The notes below the pieces were generated by a model. The model had not been told where the DNA came from, ran no database searches, and worked only from the letters and a program-made list of their open reading frames with translations. Positions 33,715 to 43,164 of a DNA stretch of 64,000 nucleotides are shown in pieces; position 1 is the first letter of the stretch; every line of letters begins with the position of its first letter. Source of the DNA: Alphaproteobacteria bacterium (GTDB lineage Bacteria > Pseudomonadota > Alphaproteobacteria > UBA828); assembly GCA_965221125.1 (NCBI GenBank), contig CBDCRW010000007.1, positions 32,001-96,000 of the forward strand, in the 5' to 3' direction. The position numbers and the translations under genes are program-made.

Positions 33715-35172
33715 ACGGCCGTCATGTACGGCTGCACCCACAGCAGTGACAATCCGCCGGCGACGGAGATGGAACAGACGCCGGCCGAGCAGATTGCCGC
33801 GCTTCAGGCGCAGATCAATACCCTGCGGGCGGAACTTGGGCTGGATCCGATCGACATCGACGACCTGACCGGCAGCGTGGCTACCCTCACGCAGCAGGTG
33901 GCCGATCTTCAGAAGCAGATCGACGACGCGCAGGACGCCGAGGACAAGGCTGCCGCTGCGGCTGCCGCCAAGGACGCTGTGGCGTTGTTCGACGGTATCA
34001 CCGAAACCACCAGTGACCTGAGTGTTGCAGTCAGCGCTGTTACCGACAAACACGGCGGTGGCATGGCTTCGCTCACGGCCACGGCCTTGGTTCCCGGTAT
34101 CGCTGGTGACGACACGGTGAAATCCGCTGAGCCCATGCTGGGCATGTGGCAGGGCACGATGCTCACCGATTCCGTTCCCGCCATTCCTAGCACCGCCACC
34201 AATGCGGGCACCAGCAGCACCGTGGTCGTCTACACGGACATCGCGGCACCGAAAGCGGTCCCCTTTGGCGACGTGCACACGCTCGACGCGAACGGGAACT
34301 TTGCAATTGTCGCTGCTGCCGACGCAAACCCTCACGTAGGGCTGATTTCTGCGTCCGCGTTCGAGCACACCGGCCGAATGACTCATGATCCCGATGAGGG
34401 CGACGCCAATGAGACTATCCGCGTCAGGGGCATGTTCAACGGGGCGGCGGGTGAATACCGTTGCGCTGAGGGCGGCACGACGGGCACGTGCGCGTCCATA
34501 GAGTCGTCAGCTGGTGTCAGGCTCGTGGGCACGTGGGTCTTCGATCCCGATTCCGGCGCCATGGCCATGATGGTCGACCCATCCTTCGCCTATTTCGGCT
34601 GGTGGCTGAACAAGGGCGGCACTGCAGGTGTCGAGGCTGGCGTGTTCCACGGCGTAACGGACGGTACCGGAGACGACGAGTTGCTCGGTACGGTCACTGA
34701 GGCCGACTTTACCGCGTTGGGTGGCACGGCCACTTATAGTGGTTCAGCGGCTGGCAAGTACGCTCTGAAGCCGAGCCTCTCCGCCGCCTCCGGTGGCCAC
34801 TGGACGGCCGATGCGACCCTGACCGCCGACTTCGGGAGCGAGACTGCTAACGGAATGATCTCCGGCATGGTCGAAAACTTCATGGCCGGCGGCGAGATGA
34901 TGGACTGGAGCGTCTCCCTTGGCGAGACGTCCTTTACTGACGCGACGGGTGCGTTCGACAGCACTGTTGACACTGCTGGCTCCGAGGTTGCCGATGACGA
35001 TGTGGTCTGGACCATCGGCGGGGTTGCCGGAGCGGAATCCGGGTCATGGTCGGGCGGTCTCCGCGCGGGAGGCGACAACAATGTGCCGACACTGGCCACG
35101 GGCGTGTTCTCCGCAACCCACGGCACAGTCGGCCACATCATGGGCGCGTTCGGCGCACACCTCGACGAGTAG
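33658..35172 (+). CDS. Lipoprotein type B, TbpB-like surface lipoprotein with coiled-coil stalk
   Basis: Lipobox MYGC; FAYFGWWL, GTATYSGSAAGKY, ATLTADFG, ISGMVENF, GHIMGAFGA terminal strand. Confidence 0.82.
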   Translation: MKKTKLTRSLLAAFSIVALTAVMYGCTHSSDNPPATEMEQTPAEQIAALQAQINTLRAELGLDPIDIDDLTGSVATLTQQVADLQKQIDDAQDAEDKAAAAAAAKDAVALFDGITETTSDLSVAVSAVTDKHGGGMASLTATALVPGIAGDDTVKSAEPMLGMWQGTMLTDSVPAIPSTATNAGTSSTVVVYTDIAAPKAVPFGDVHTLDANGNFAIVAAADANPHVGLISASAFEHTGRMTHDPDEGDANETIRVRGMFNGAAGEYRCAEGGTTGTCASIESSAGVRLVGTWVFDPDSGAMAMMVDPSFAYFGWWLNKGGTAGVEAGVFHGVTDGTGDDELLGTVTEADFTALGGTATYSGSAAGKYALKPSLSAASGGHWTADATLTADFGSETANGMISGMVENFMAGGEMMDWSVSLGETSFTDATGAFDSTVDTAGSEVADDDVVWTIGGVAGAESGSWSGGLRAGGDNNVPTLATGVFSATHGTVGHIMGAFGAHLDE

Positions 35173-35193
35173 CCACACTTCGAACTTGTTGCT

Positions 35194-35226
35194 GGGCGGC
35201 GGCCTTCGGTCGCCGCCCTTTTTCTT
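35194..35226 (+). terminator. Rho-independent terminator of lipoprotein B
   Basis: GGGCGGCGGC-CTTCG-GTCGCCGCCC followed by TTTTTCTT. Confidence 0.85.
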
Positions 35227-35313
35227 GCTCTGTCCGCCGGGCCACAGTCCCCCCGTCCGTCCTCGTTTCCCTTTCCCGTCCCGCTCCACGCTTAAGGCCC
35301 GGCGAGCGCACCC

Positions 35314-35949
35314 CTACCGATGTCGCGGCTGCGGCAGGCCCGCCAGCGACTCCAACGACCGCACCAGCCGCACCAGCTCGAACTGCCGGCCGATGCCCTG
35401 CTTGGCAAAAATGTTCTTCATGTGCCAGCGGATCGTGTTCTCCGTGCGCCCGCTCGCCCGCGCGATGTCGCGCACGGTTTTGCCCTCGGCCAGCCACACC
35501 GCCACGCGGCTCTCCATCGGCGTGAGACCGAAGCTCGCCGCCACGAGCGCCGGATCGATCCGCGTCCGGCTTGTCGGGTCGATCACCAGCACGAGCGCGG
35601 CGACGCGGTGCGCGCGCATGTCCGTGCCCCCTTCGTCCACTGGGCTCACGTGCAGTACGAGCCCCGGCAGGTCGAGCGTGCGCCTCACCATCATCGAGCC
35701 GCCGGCGCCCTGGCCGCCGCAGCACGGCAGCGCACGCGCCAGCAGCGCCTGAAGCGCGACGTCGTCCGCCGGCGCGCGGGCGTGGAGGGAGCCGCCTCGG
35801 TCGGACAGGCCGTCGCCCCGTCGCAGCAGGTCGCTGGCGTGGTCGCTCGCCGCGACGACGCGGCCGCGCCGGTCCAGCTGGATCACGCCGGACCGGGTGC
35901 CGCCGAGCAGCACGGCCGGGATGCGCTCGAGCGCGTCCCGTCGGCTCAC
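35314..35949 (-). CDS. LuxR-type HTH regulator, internally deleted relative to paralog at 49380
   Basis: GVIQLDRRGRVV PAS-like segment; LTPMESRVAVWLAEGKTVRDIA...TIRWHMKNIFAK HTH. Confidence 0.75.
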   Translation of the reverse strand: MSRRDALERIPAVLLGGTRSGVIQLDRRGRVVAASDHASDLLRRGDGLSDRGGSLHARAPADDVALQALLARALPCCGGQGAGGSMMVRRTLDLPGLVLHVSPVDEGGTDMRAHRVAALVLVIDPTSRTRIDPALVAASFGLTPMESRVAVWLAEGKTVRDIARASGRTENTIRWHMKNIFAKQGIGRQFELVRLVRSLESLAGLPQPRHR

Positions 35950-36291
35950 GACGGCGTTCCCGTTCCCGCTGGCTGCAAGAGCCCACCTCGTCGCTCCTGA
36001 GCGGAATGCCTCCCTCATTCCGCTCGCCGTGTTGCAGCGGACGCATCGCCGGCACCCGTCACTCCATGCAGACGTCCATGCCCGAATTGAAACGCTCCTC
36101 CTGGATGAAGCAGGCGGACGAGGGCCTGGGCAGGCCGGTGGGCGAATGCCGCCAACCCGTTGCGGACCGGCGGTTGACGCGCGATGCGCTTGCCCAAACC
36201 CGTTTCGGCAATCGTTAGGCCGAACGCGTACCCCACCGGGATTGGGGGCTTCACCGGGCGCGTGCCTCCCTAGACTTCATCCGCTGCGCGC

Positions 36292-36643
36292 GAGAGACGG
36301 CTCCGGCGCCCGCACCGGGGGACCGTAACGGCGGTAGCCTGCCCGCTCTCCCTCCCGCGCCCCGCGCTCGCCCGGCCCGAGGGCGGCGAAGTGAGATGCG
36401 GCAGCGTGTATTTTTTGCGGGTTTTGCCGAGACAAGCCGAGATAAGCCGAGACAAGCCGAGACAAGGTGAGACGGCACATCACGGTCCAGGCGCGCCCGC
36501 CAGCGCTACCGGGGGCGTCGCCGGGCGCGCCTGCGGCGGCGTCCCGCATACCCGTCGTGACACGCGCGCTCGCACCTCTCATGGCGCCATCCTGCCGCGG
36601 AATCCGCGCACCGTTCACCGCACCATGGTCCGGGCGCCGGGAG
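36292..36643 (+). repeat. ~350-bp non-coding element with tandem GCCGAGACAA decamers (copy 1)
   Basis: Five 10-bp units at 36426-36475; exact 29-bp and 24-bp blocks shared with 52963-53328. Confidence 0.85.
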
Positions 36644-36853
36644 CAGGCGCCGCGCGGCAGCAAACGAGTTGTTAGCCGACTAGCGCCGGGCCGCCAGGCC
36701 CGGACGGCGCGCTAGCGCCGCGCGCCGAAGGCGCGGAGCCAAGCGAACGGAGTGAGCGCCCGGCGACTGAGGGAAACAAAAAAAACCAGCGCCCGCCGTC
36801 GAGGGAAACAAAAAAAGTCTCCCGCCTGCCCTCAGGGCCGGCGGGAACACGAC

Positions 36854-36887
36854 AAAAAAAGAGGGTGGCGCGGTGTGCGCCACCCTC
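36854..36887 (-). terminator. Rho-independent terminator of lipoprotein B'
   Basis: GAGGGTGGCGC/GCGCCACCCTC 11-bp stem next to A7 on + strand (U7 on - strand). Confidence 0.85.
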
Positions 36888-36951
36888 GTAACGAAGCTTA
36901 CTCTTGCAACGTCAGGTTCCCATGGGCGGGAGCCGGACCTGCTGCCTTGCT

Positions 36952-38703
36952 CTAGTCGTCCTGTATCCGGGCACCGAAGGCGCCAAGCGCGTGCCCGTTG
37001 ACGAAGTGGGCATCGAAAGTACCGCTCACGGAGGTCGGCGCATCGGTCTCCGTGGTAGCCGCGTCCTCAATACCGTGGAGCTGACCGGCCCAGGTTCCTG
37101 CAGCGCCGTCGCCGCCGGCGCTCGTCCCCATCGTCACACCGGTTATGGCACCGGTGCCTTCGGTGATGTTCTGGAGGTCATCCATGTCGTCATCGGTGGT
37201 GTCGCTATCCGGACCTCTGTTCAGCATGACCACCCAGCTCGAATCGATCGGGTCGCCGTTCATGTCCATGAAGTTGGAGATCGTCCCGCTGATCGAGTTT
37301 GTATTTCTTGCAGCTACGTTCTCACCGCCGAAGCTCGCCGTCAGTTTGGCTTGGGCGGTGAACTGCCCGCCGCGCAACGGTATCTGCGTGCCGTCCGAAC
37401 CGAAGCTCTTGATCATGTAGAGACCCGTTGCCGGGCCGGCGTAGTCGGCCGTGCCGACAACACCGGTGGTGGGACGATTCGCGACGCTGCTTTCGGCAAA
37501 GGCGAGGACGGAGTACGTCAGTTCGCCGTCATCGTTGTTCTCTTCGTGCAGCCAGTAACCGAAGGTGAGGTAGTCGTCGTCGATTTCCACGCCGGCGACC
37601 ATGTAGGGGTCGGCACCCGTCGCCTGCGCGGTCGGCGTGAAGGTCCACGTGCCACCGAGGGATGATAGGTTGCCGTCCTTATCGGAGCCGACCGAGCACG
37701 TGCCCGTGCACGCATATGTGCCGGGAACGCCGTGGAACATGCCCATGATCGAGGGTTCGGCCTCGTTGACGTCAGTAGTAGCCGCGTTGTCGGTGTACTC
37801 GATCATTTGATGCGCTGCCGTCAACCCATGAGCGAAATCGATCAGAGAGCGGGCGCCGGCATTCACCGTACCGGCCAGCGTAAGCACTCCGCTGGCAGCG
37901 CTAGCTACACCGCGCCACGCGGCGTGGCCAGTGGGAACGCCAGCGTCTGCGTAGTACGTGCTGTATTCGACGGAATCGTTGGCAGCCCGGTCCGTGTAGG
38001 CGACGGCCGTGTCCATCGAGAACTCGTCCGTGTTCTCGGTGTCGGCGTCGTCTTCCTTCATCCGCGTGTAAGCAGAACCGGCCCACCCGTCGATTGAGGC
38101 AATCGCCATGTCCGACTCGGCGAACATGTCGTCCTCCGCCACCACGCCGGCAGTAGCGGGCAGCGTGGTCGTGAGCTTCCCGTGATTAACGTCGAAGTTG
38201 AAGGGCAATTGATCGCCAGTGGTGCCGCTGTCGGCATCCGCCCTGGTGCTGTCAGGGCCGATCGCCATGGCGATGCGCATGGCCTCCGCCGCGATCTCCT
38301 CGTCCGTGGGACCCGGAGGAGGAGGCGTGTAGTCGGCCGTGTGGATGGTGCCCGTCACCGTTACTGTATCGTCGTCATTGATGGTGACGCGGCAGGGCCC
38401 CATGGCGCAGGTCAGGTTCACACCCCCGACACTGACCGTCGCCCCCATTTCGTGGTCCACCCCCGCGAGACCTTCGGCATCTGCGAAAGCGGCCGCCAGG
38501 GCAGCGTCGACCGAATACGTGCCGGGCGTGACGGCCTGACCGCCGGTCACACCCGCCAGGGTCAGGTTGCCGTCGACGGTGGGCGTTTCCGTCGTCGGCG
38601 TCGTGGCGTCGTCGCTGCTGTGCAGGCAGCCGGACAGGACGACCGAGAGGGCGACGATCGAGCACGCCGCCAGCAAACTGCGAGTCAGCTTCGTCTTCTT
38701 CAT
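36952..38703 (-). CDS. Lipoprotein type B', TbpB-like surface lipoprotein
   Basis: Same MKKTKLTRSLLAA leader, lipobox LSGC; DYLTFGYWL, GTADYAGPATGLY, ISGTISNF, GHALGAFGA. Confidence 0.82.
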   Translation of the reverse strand: MKKTKLTRSLLAACSIVALSVVLSGCLHSSDDATTPTTETPTVDGNLTLAGVTGGQAVTPGTYSVDAALAAAFADAEGLAGVDHEMGATVSVGGVNLTCAMGPCRVTINDDDTVTVTGTIHTADYTPPPPGPTDEEIAAEAMRIAMAIGPDSTRADADSGTTGDQLPFNFDVNHGKLTTTLPATAGVVAEDDMFAESDMAIASIDGWAGSAYTRMKEDDADTENTDEFSMDTAVAYTDRAANDSVEYSTYYADAGVPTGHAAWRGVASAASGVLTLAGTVNAGARSLIDFAHGLTAAHQMIEYTDNAATTDVNEAEPSIMGMFHGVPGTYACTGTCSVGSDKDGNLSSLGGTWTFTPTAQATGADPYMVAGVEIDDDYLTFGYWLHEENNDDGELTYSVLAFAESSVANRPTTGVVGTADYAGPATGLYMIKSFGSDGTQIPLRGGQFTAQAKLTASFGGENVAARNTNSISGTISNFMDMNGDPIDSSWVVMLNRGPDSDTTDDDMDDLQNITEGTGAITGVTMGTSAGGDGAAGTWAGQLHGIEDAATTETDAPTSVSGTFDAHFVNGHALGAFGARIQDD

Positions 38704-38721
38704 GGCTCCGAGGCTCTCCTC
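38647..38721 (-). repeat. Second copy of 75-bp lipoprotein leader
   Basis: Reverse complement of 33640-33714. Confidence 0.9.
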
Positions 38722-39003
38722 ATTCTGAAGAGGCCTCGTGGGCGGCCTTGAGTCGCCGCGAGCACGGGACTTGTTCCGCAGATCGGCCTAGAATTGGCCG
38801 CGCAACACCACGGTAAACCTCTCCAACACCATCGAAATCAGAGGCGCCGGACATGCGCTGGGGTTCAGGGGCCCGAATGCCGGGTGCTTACGGGCGCGGA
38901 CGGGTGATTCCGCCCGCTTGCGCATTGAAGCCGAGTCGACTCGCCGTGTTGACGAGATTCGCGCGCAGGTTCGGCCCTGCCGCGCTCGTTGGACGAGACG
39001 ATC

Positions 39004-40257
39004 ATGCCACGCCGTAGCACGCTGACGCTGAGCAGCCAGGCGGTGGACAGCCTCCCGGCCGAAGGCAGGGACCGGATCTTCTGGGACCGCGAGCTGCCGG
39101 GGTTCGGGGTGCGCGTCTACCGCTCGGGCCAGAAGGTCTACGTCGTCCAGAGCCGGGCCCGGGGCGGACCAAGGCGCGTCACCCTCGGCAGCCACGGGGA
39201 ACTCACCACCGCGCAAGCCAGGCTCCGCGCCGGCCAGGTCATCGACCGTATCAAGGGGGGCAGAGAGCCCATACCGCCCCCGGCCCAGGACGGCGCCACC
39301 GTCGCCGACCTCGCGGCCCGCTACCTGAGCGCCCACGTGGCGCAGAACTGCAACGCCCACACCGCCGGCATCTATCGCGGATCGCTCGAGAACCACATCC
39401 TGCCTGCGCTGGGCATGATGCCGCTCGCCATGGTCGAGACGGCGCATGTGGCGGCGCTGCACTACCGGCTCCGTGAGACACCGCGCGCCGCCAACCGCGC
39501 GCTCTCCGTCCTCTCCAAGATGTTCTCCCTCGCTGCCGCCTGGGGCCTGGTGGCGGACGGCACCAACCCCTGCCGGGGCGTGCGCAAGTACAAGGAGAAG
39601 AAGCGCGAGCGCTTCCTCACCCGGGACGAGTACCGCAGGCTCGGTATGGCGCTGGCTGAGGCGGAAGCCGAGGCAGAGGCCGGCGCAGACGGCGCGGTCT
39701 CCCTCTACGCCATCGCGGCGTTGCGCCTGCTCATGCTCACCGGCTGCCGCCGCAACGAGATACTCACCCTCCGCTGGGACGATATCGACCGCACCGCAGG
39801 CGAGTTTCGCCTGCGCGACGGCAAGACCGGGGCCCGCATGGTCCCGCTCACACCCACCGCAGAGACGGTGCTGGCAGGCATCGTCCGTGTGCCGAACAAC
39901 CCCTGGGTCATCGTCGGCAAGCAACCCGGCACCCACCTCTCCACCATCACCGCAGACTGGTATCGGCTCCGCGCCCACGCCGGCCTCGACGACGTGCGCA
40001 TTCACGACCTCCGCCACTCCTACGCCAGCCGCGCGCTCGCGGCCGGCGAGAGCCTGAGCATGATCGGCAGGCTGCTGGGCCATGCCGACATTCAGAGCAC
40101 CGCCCGCTACGCGCATCTCGCGCGCGAGACCGAGCGCCTCTCCGCCGCCCGCGTCGGCGGCAGCATCGGCGCAGACATCGGTGCCGACATCGGTGCCGAA
40201 GGTCGTGCCGAGGGCACTGCCGACATCGGCGCGGGAAAGGACGGCCCGTCCTCATGA
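39004..40257 (+). CDS. Tyrosine integrase with Arm-DNA-binding domain (subtype A)
   Basis: WDRELPGFGVRV, LTGCRRNE, IHDLRHSYAS, LLGHADIQSTARY; shares CNAHT..IY.GSL.NHILPALG and LRETPRAANRAL with 32032..33258. Confidence 0.93.
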   Translation: MPRRSTLTLSSQAVDSLPAEGRDRIFWDRELPGFGVRVYRSGQKVYVVQSRARGGPRRVTLGSHGELTTAQARLRAGQVIDRIKGGREPIPPPAQDGATVADLAARYLSAHVAQNCNAHTAGIYRGSLENHILPALGMMPLAMVETAHVAALHYRLRETPRAANRALSVLSKMFSLAAAWGLVADGTNPCRGVRKYKEKKRERFLTRDEYRRLGMALAEAEAEAEAGADGAVSLYAIAALRLLMLTGCRRNEILTLRWDDIDRTAGEFRLRDGKTGARMVPLTPTAETVLAGIVRVPNNPWVIVGKQPGTHLSTITADWYRLRAHAGLDDVRIHDLRHSYASRALAAGESLSMIGRLLGHADIQSTARYAHLARETERLSAARVGGSIGADIGADIGAEGRAEGTADIGAGKDGPSS

Positions 40258-41323
40258 ACATGGCAGTGCCTTCGGCACTTCCCGCGCAGGGCACGATCAC
40301 GGACCGCACCGTGGCGGCGCTGTCAGCGGGCAGGGACACCGTGATCTGGGACCGGGCGCTCGCCGGGTTCGGGGTCCGGGTCTACCCCTCGGGCGCCAAG
40401 GTCTACGTCGTGCAGGCGCGGGGGCCGGACGGGTCCAGGCGCATCACCGTGGGCCGTCACGGGGTGATTGGGGCGAGCGAGGCGCGCAGGCGCGCCACCC
40501 TCATCCTCGCCCGCATCAGGGCGGGCGAAGACGCTGCTGCGGAGGCTCGCCGGCCCGAGAGCGTCACCGTCGCAGCCCTCGCCGACCGCTACCTGCGGGA
40601 GCACGTGGCGGTGCGCTGCAAGCCCACGACCGCAGCCCAGTACCGGCTTGCCATCGAGCGCTACATCGTGCCCGCCCTCGGCACCCTCCCCGTCTCCTCC
40701 CTCGGCCGTTCCCAGGTCGCCGACCTGCAGCACGCGCTCCGCGACAGGCCGGCCATGGCCAACCTGGTGGTCGCGATGCTTTCGCGCATGATCGACCATG
40801 CGATGGCCTGGGGCGTGGCGGGGGAGATCAGCAACCCCTGCCGGTCCGTCCCAAGATATCGGACGCGCCAGCGCGAGCGCTTCCTCACCGACGCGGAGTT
40901 CCAGCGGCTCGGCCGCGTTGTTGTTTCGCACGTTATTTGACGCCGAATCTCCCAGATTATTTGACGTGATCGCTGCCCTGATTTCCCAGATTGCTCGGTC
41001 TTTTCCGGATCGAAGCGTAGGAGCTCATGGTCTCTGCGGGCGGTCCGGGGTCGCTGTCTGATTGAGGTTTGGACTGGTGCTTGAGGAGAGCTGACGAGGT
41101 GTCGCGCGGCCGTCGGCGCGTCAAGCGGCTGCGCCGCTCCTGCGCTTCGCTTCGGCCCTTCGGGTGACTCGCCACCGTCCACACGACGAAGTGCTGCCAT
41201 GGCCTGAAGCAAGCTTCCGGCCACGGACTGGCCGCTCACCTGACGTAGTATCCCGGTGGAGGCGCAGCGCCTTCCGGACCGTTGGGGAAGGGTGGTTCCC
41301 GACGGCGGTTCCGGCTCGAACCC

Positions 41324-42364
41324 CTAGGCGTTGGCGGAACCGGGCTCCGGGAACCGCGGGGCCTGCGGCCGACTGCTGCCGTTGGCGGCGGCGGCCGCCG
41401 CCCGCTTGTCCGCTGCGCCTGCGACGACGCTGTAGCCGCCCTCGGCGTTGCGCGCGACGCGACCCTCCTGGACGAGCTTTTGCAAGATTACGCCGACGGT
41501 CTTGTGCCGGGTCGCGGCGCGTTCCCGGATCTGGCGTTGCGAGAGCGGCGCCCCGGCGTCGGCGAGCGCCTTGAGAACGCGGCATTCGGGTGTTTCGGGC
41601 TGAGGCGCCCCGCCGCCGGCCGTGGGCGGCTGGCGCAGCCGGAAGGAGGGCTCCTCTCCGTCTTCCTTGAGCTCGATCTCGATGTCGTCGAGACCGCGTG
41701 CGGCGCGATGCTCGACGGTCATGAGGGTCTGCCGGTCCCGGCGGCGCAGGTAGAGGTTCGAGTCCCCCCAGGCGTGCAGCTCACTGCTGCCCCGCAGGGC
41801 CTGCCCCGGCCTCGTGGCCCCGCTCTTGCGGGCGTGGTGGACGAGGAGGACGGCGGTCTCGAAGCGGCGTTGCAGGTCGCGCAGGAAGCCGAGGATCGGG
41901 GCGACGTCCGCAACCGTGTTCTCGTCCACGCCGTGCAGGCGGACCAGGGGGTCGAGGACCACGAGGCGCGGTGCGATGCGCTCCACGGTCTGCTGCAGGC
42001 GGCGGCGGTCGTCGAGATGGTCGAGGCGCAGTGTGGGCACGTCGATGACGGCGATGTCGAGGGTCTCGAAGCGGGCGCCTGCGGCGCGGGCGATCCCCTG
42101 CAGGCGCTTGCGCACGAGGTGGCCGGCGTCTTCTGCGGCGAACAGCAGGACCGGGCCAGGCCGGGCCGGGGCGAAGTGCCGCAGGCATGGGACGCCGGCG
42201 GCGACTGCGACCGCGAGGTCCAGCGCCAGGATGGACTTGCCGCACTTCGGCTCGCCGCCGACGATGCCGACGGCCTGCTCGCCCCATAGCGTGTCCACCA
42301 GCCATTGCTGCTCGCGCGGCCGCTCCTCCAGCTCGATCGGGGCGCGGGTCGGGAAGCCGGTCAT
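41324..42364 (-). CDS. RecA/AAA_25-like ATPase with C-terminal wHTH
   Basis: WLVDTLW, Walker A GEPKCGKS, LFAAED, VVLDPL, LVHHARK, LRGSSELHAWGD. Confidence 0.85.
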   Translation of the reverse strand: MTGFPTRAPIELEERPREQQWLVDTLWGEQAVGIVGGEPKCGKSILALDLAVAVAAGVPCLRHFAPARPGPVLLFAAEDAGHLVRKRLQGIARAAGARFETLDIAVIDVPTLRLDHLDDRRRLQQTVERIAPRLVVLDPLVRLHGVDENTVADVAPILGFLRDLQRRFETAVLLVHHARKSGATRPGQALRGSSELHAWGDSNLYLRRRDRQTLMTVEHRAARGLDDIEIELKEDGEEPSFRLRQPPTAGGGAPQPETPECRVLKALADAGAPLSQRQIRERAATRHKTVGVILQKLVQEGRVARNAEGGYSVVAGAADKRAAAAAANGSSRPQAPRFPEPGSANA

Positions 42365-43164
42365 GGCCGCAGTTCCTCGAGCGCGTGCTGCAGGTGGTCG
42401 GCACTGACGGTCCTCGCCTCGTCGAGAGCGGCGGCGGAGAGCGCGTAGTGGGCGATGCGGTTGATCTGGCGCGGCAGGCCGCGCGCGCCCTGGAACAGGG
42501 CCTCGACGGCGGGCTCTTCGAACAGCGGCAGTTCGCATCCCGCGAGCCTGAGGCGGTGCTTGATGTAAGCGTCGACCTCGTCGCGGTCGAGACCGCTCAG
42601 GTGGTGGCGGACGACGAGGCGCTGGCTGAGGGATTCGTGCATGGCCATGGCCAGGCGGCGCCTGAGCTCGGTCAGACCGACGAGGACGAGGCACAGGCGC
42701 TGCTCTGCATCCATGGCGAAGTTGGTGAGCAGGCGCAGGTCCTCAAGGACGTCGTTGCGCAGATGATGGGCCTCGTCGATGACGAGGACCGGCAGCTGCT
42801 TGGCCTCGGTGACGAGGCGGGAGATCTCGTTTCGGATGGCCTGATAGGCCGAGGCGCGGGAGCGCTCGATGGGCAGGCCGATCTCCCACGCGATCGCCTT
42901 GTACATGTCGAGCACGTTGCCCGTGGTCAGCGAGACGTAGTGGACCCGGTAGAGGCCTGGATGAAGCTGCGCGGTCAGATGCCGGCACACGGTGGTCTTG
43001 CCGGAGCCCACCTCGCCGGTGAGCAGGCCGATGCCGCGCAGGTCGATGAGGTGGCCGAGCCTGGCCTCGGCCTCGCGGCGCGCGTTGGACTCGAACAGCT
43101 CGTCGGTCTCTGCCGGGGTCTCGAAGGGCAGGCGGGTGAAGGCGAAGTGGCGCAGGTACATCAC
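42361..43164 (-). CDS. ExeA/MuB-like AAA ATPase
   Basis: YLRHFAFTRLPF, TGEVGSGKTT, VIDEAHHL, LVGLTEL, GLPRQINR. Confidence 0.9.
   Translation of the reverse strand: MMYLRHFAFTRLPFETPAETDELFESNARREAEARLGHLIDLRGIGLLTGEVGSGKTTVCRHLTAQLHPGLYRVHYVSLTTGNVLDMYKAIAWEIGLPIERSRASAYQAIRNEISRLVTEAKQLPVLVIDEAHHLRNDVLEDLRLLTNFAMDAEQRLCLVLVGLTELRRRLAMAMHESLSQRLVVRHHLSGLDRDEVDAYIKHRLRLAGCELPLFEEPAVEALFQGARGLPRQINRIAHYALSAAALDEARTVSADHLQHALEELRP

Noticed and set aside
36426-36475. Decamer array as CRISPR or plasmid iterons
   Set aside because: No spacers and no adjacent rep gene; kept only as an unexplained repeat
40160-40230. GADI repeats at integrase C-terminus
   Set aside because: Simple 12-bp slippage in a non-catalytic tail
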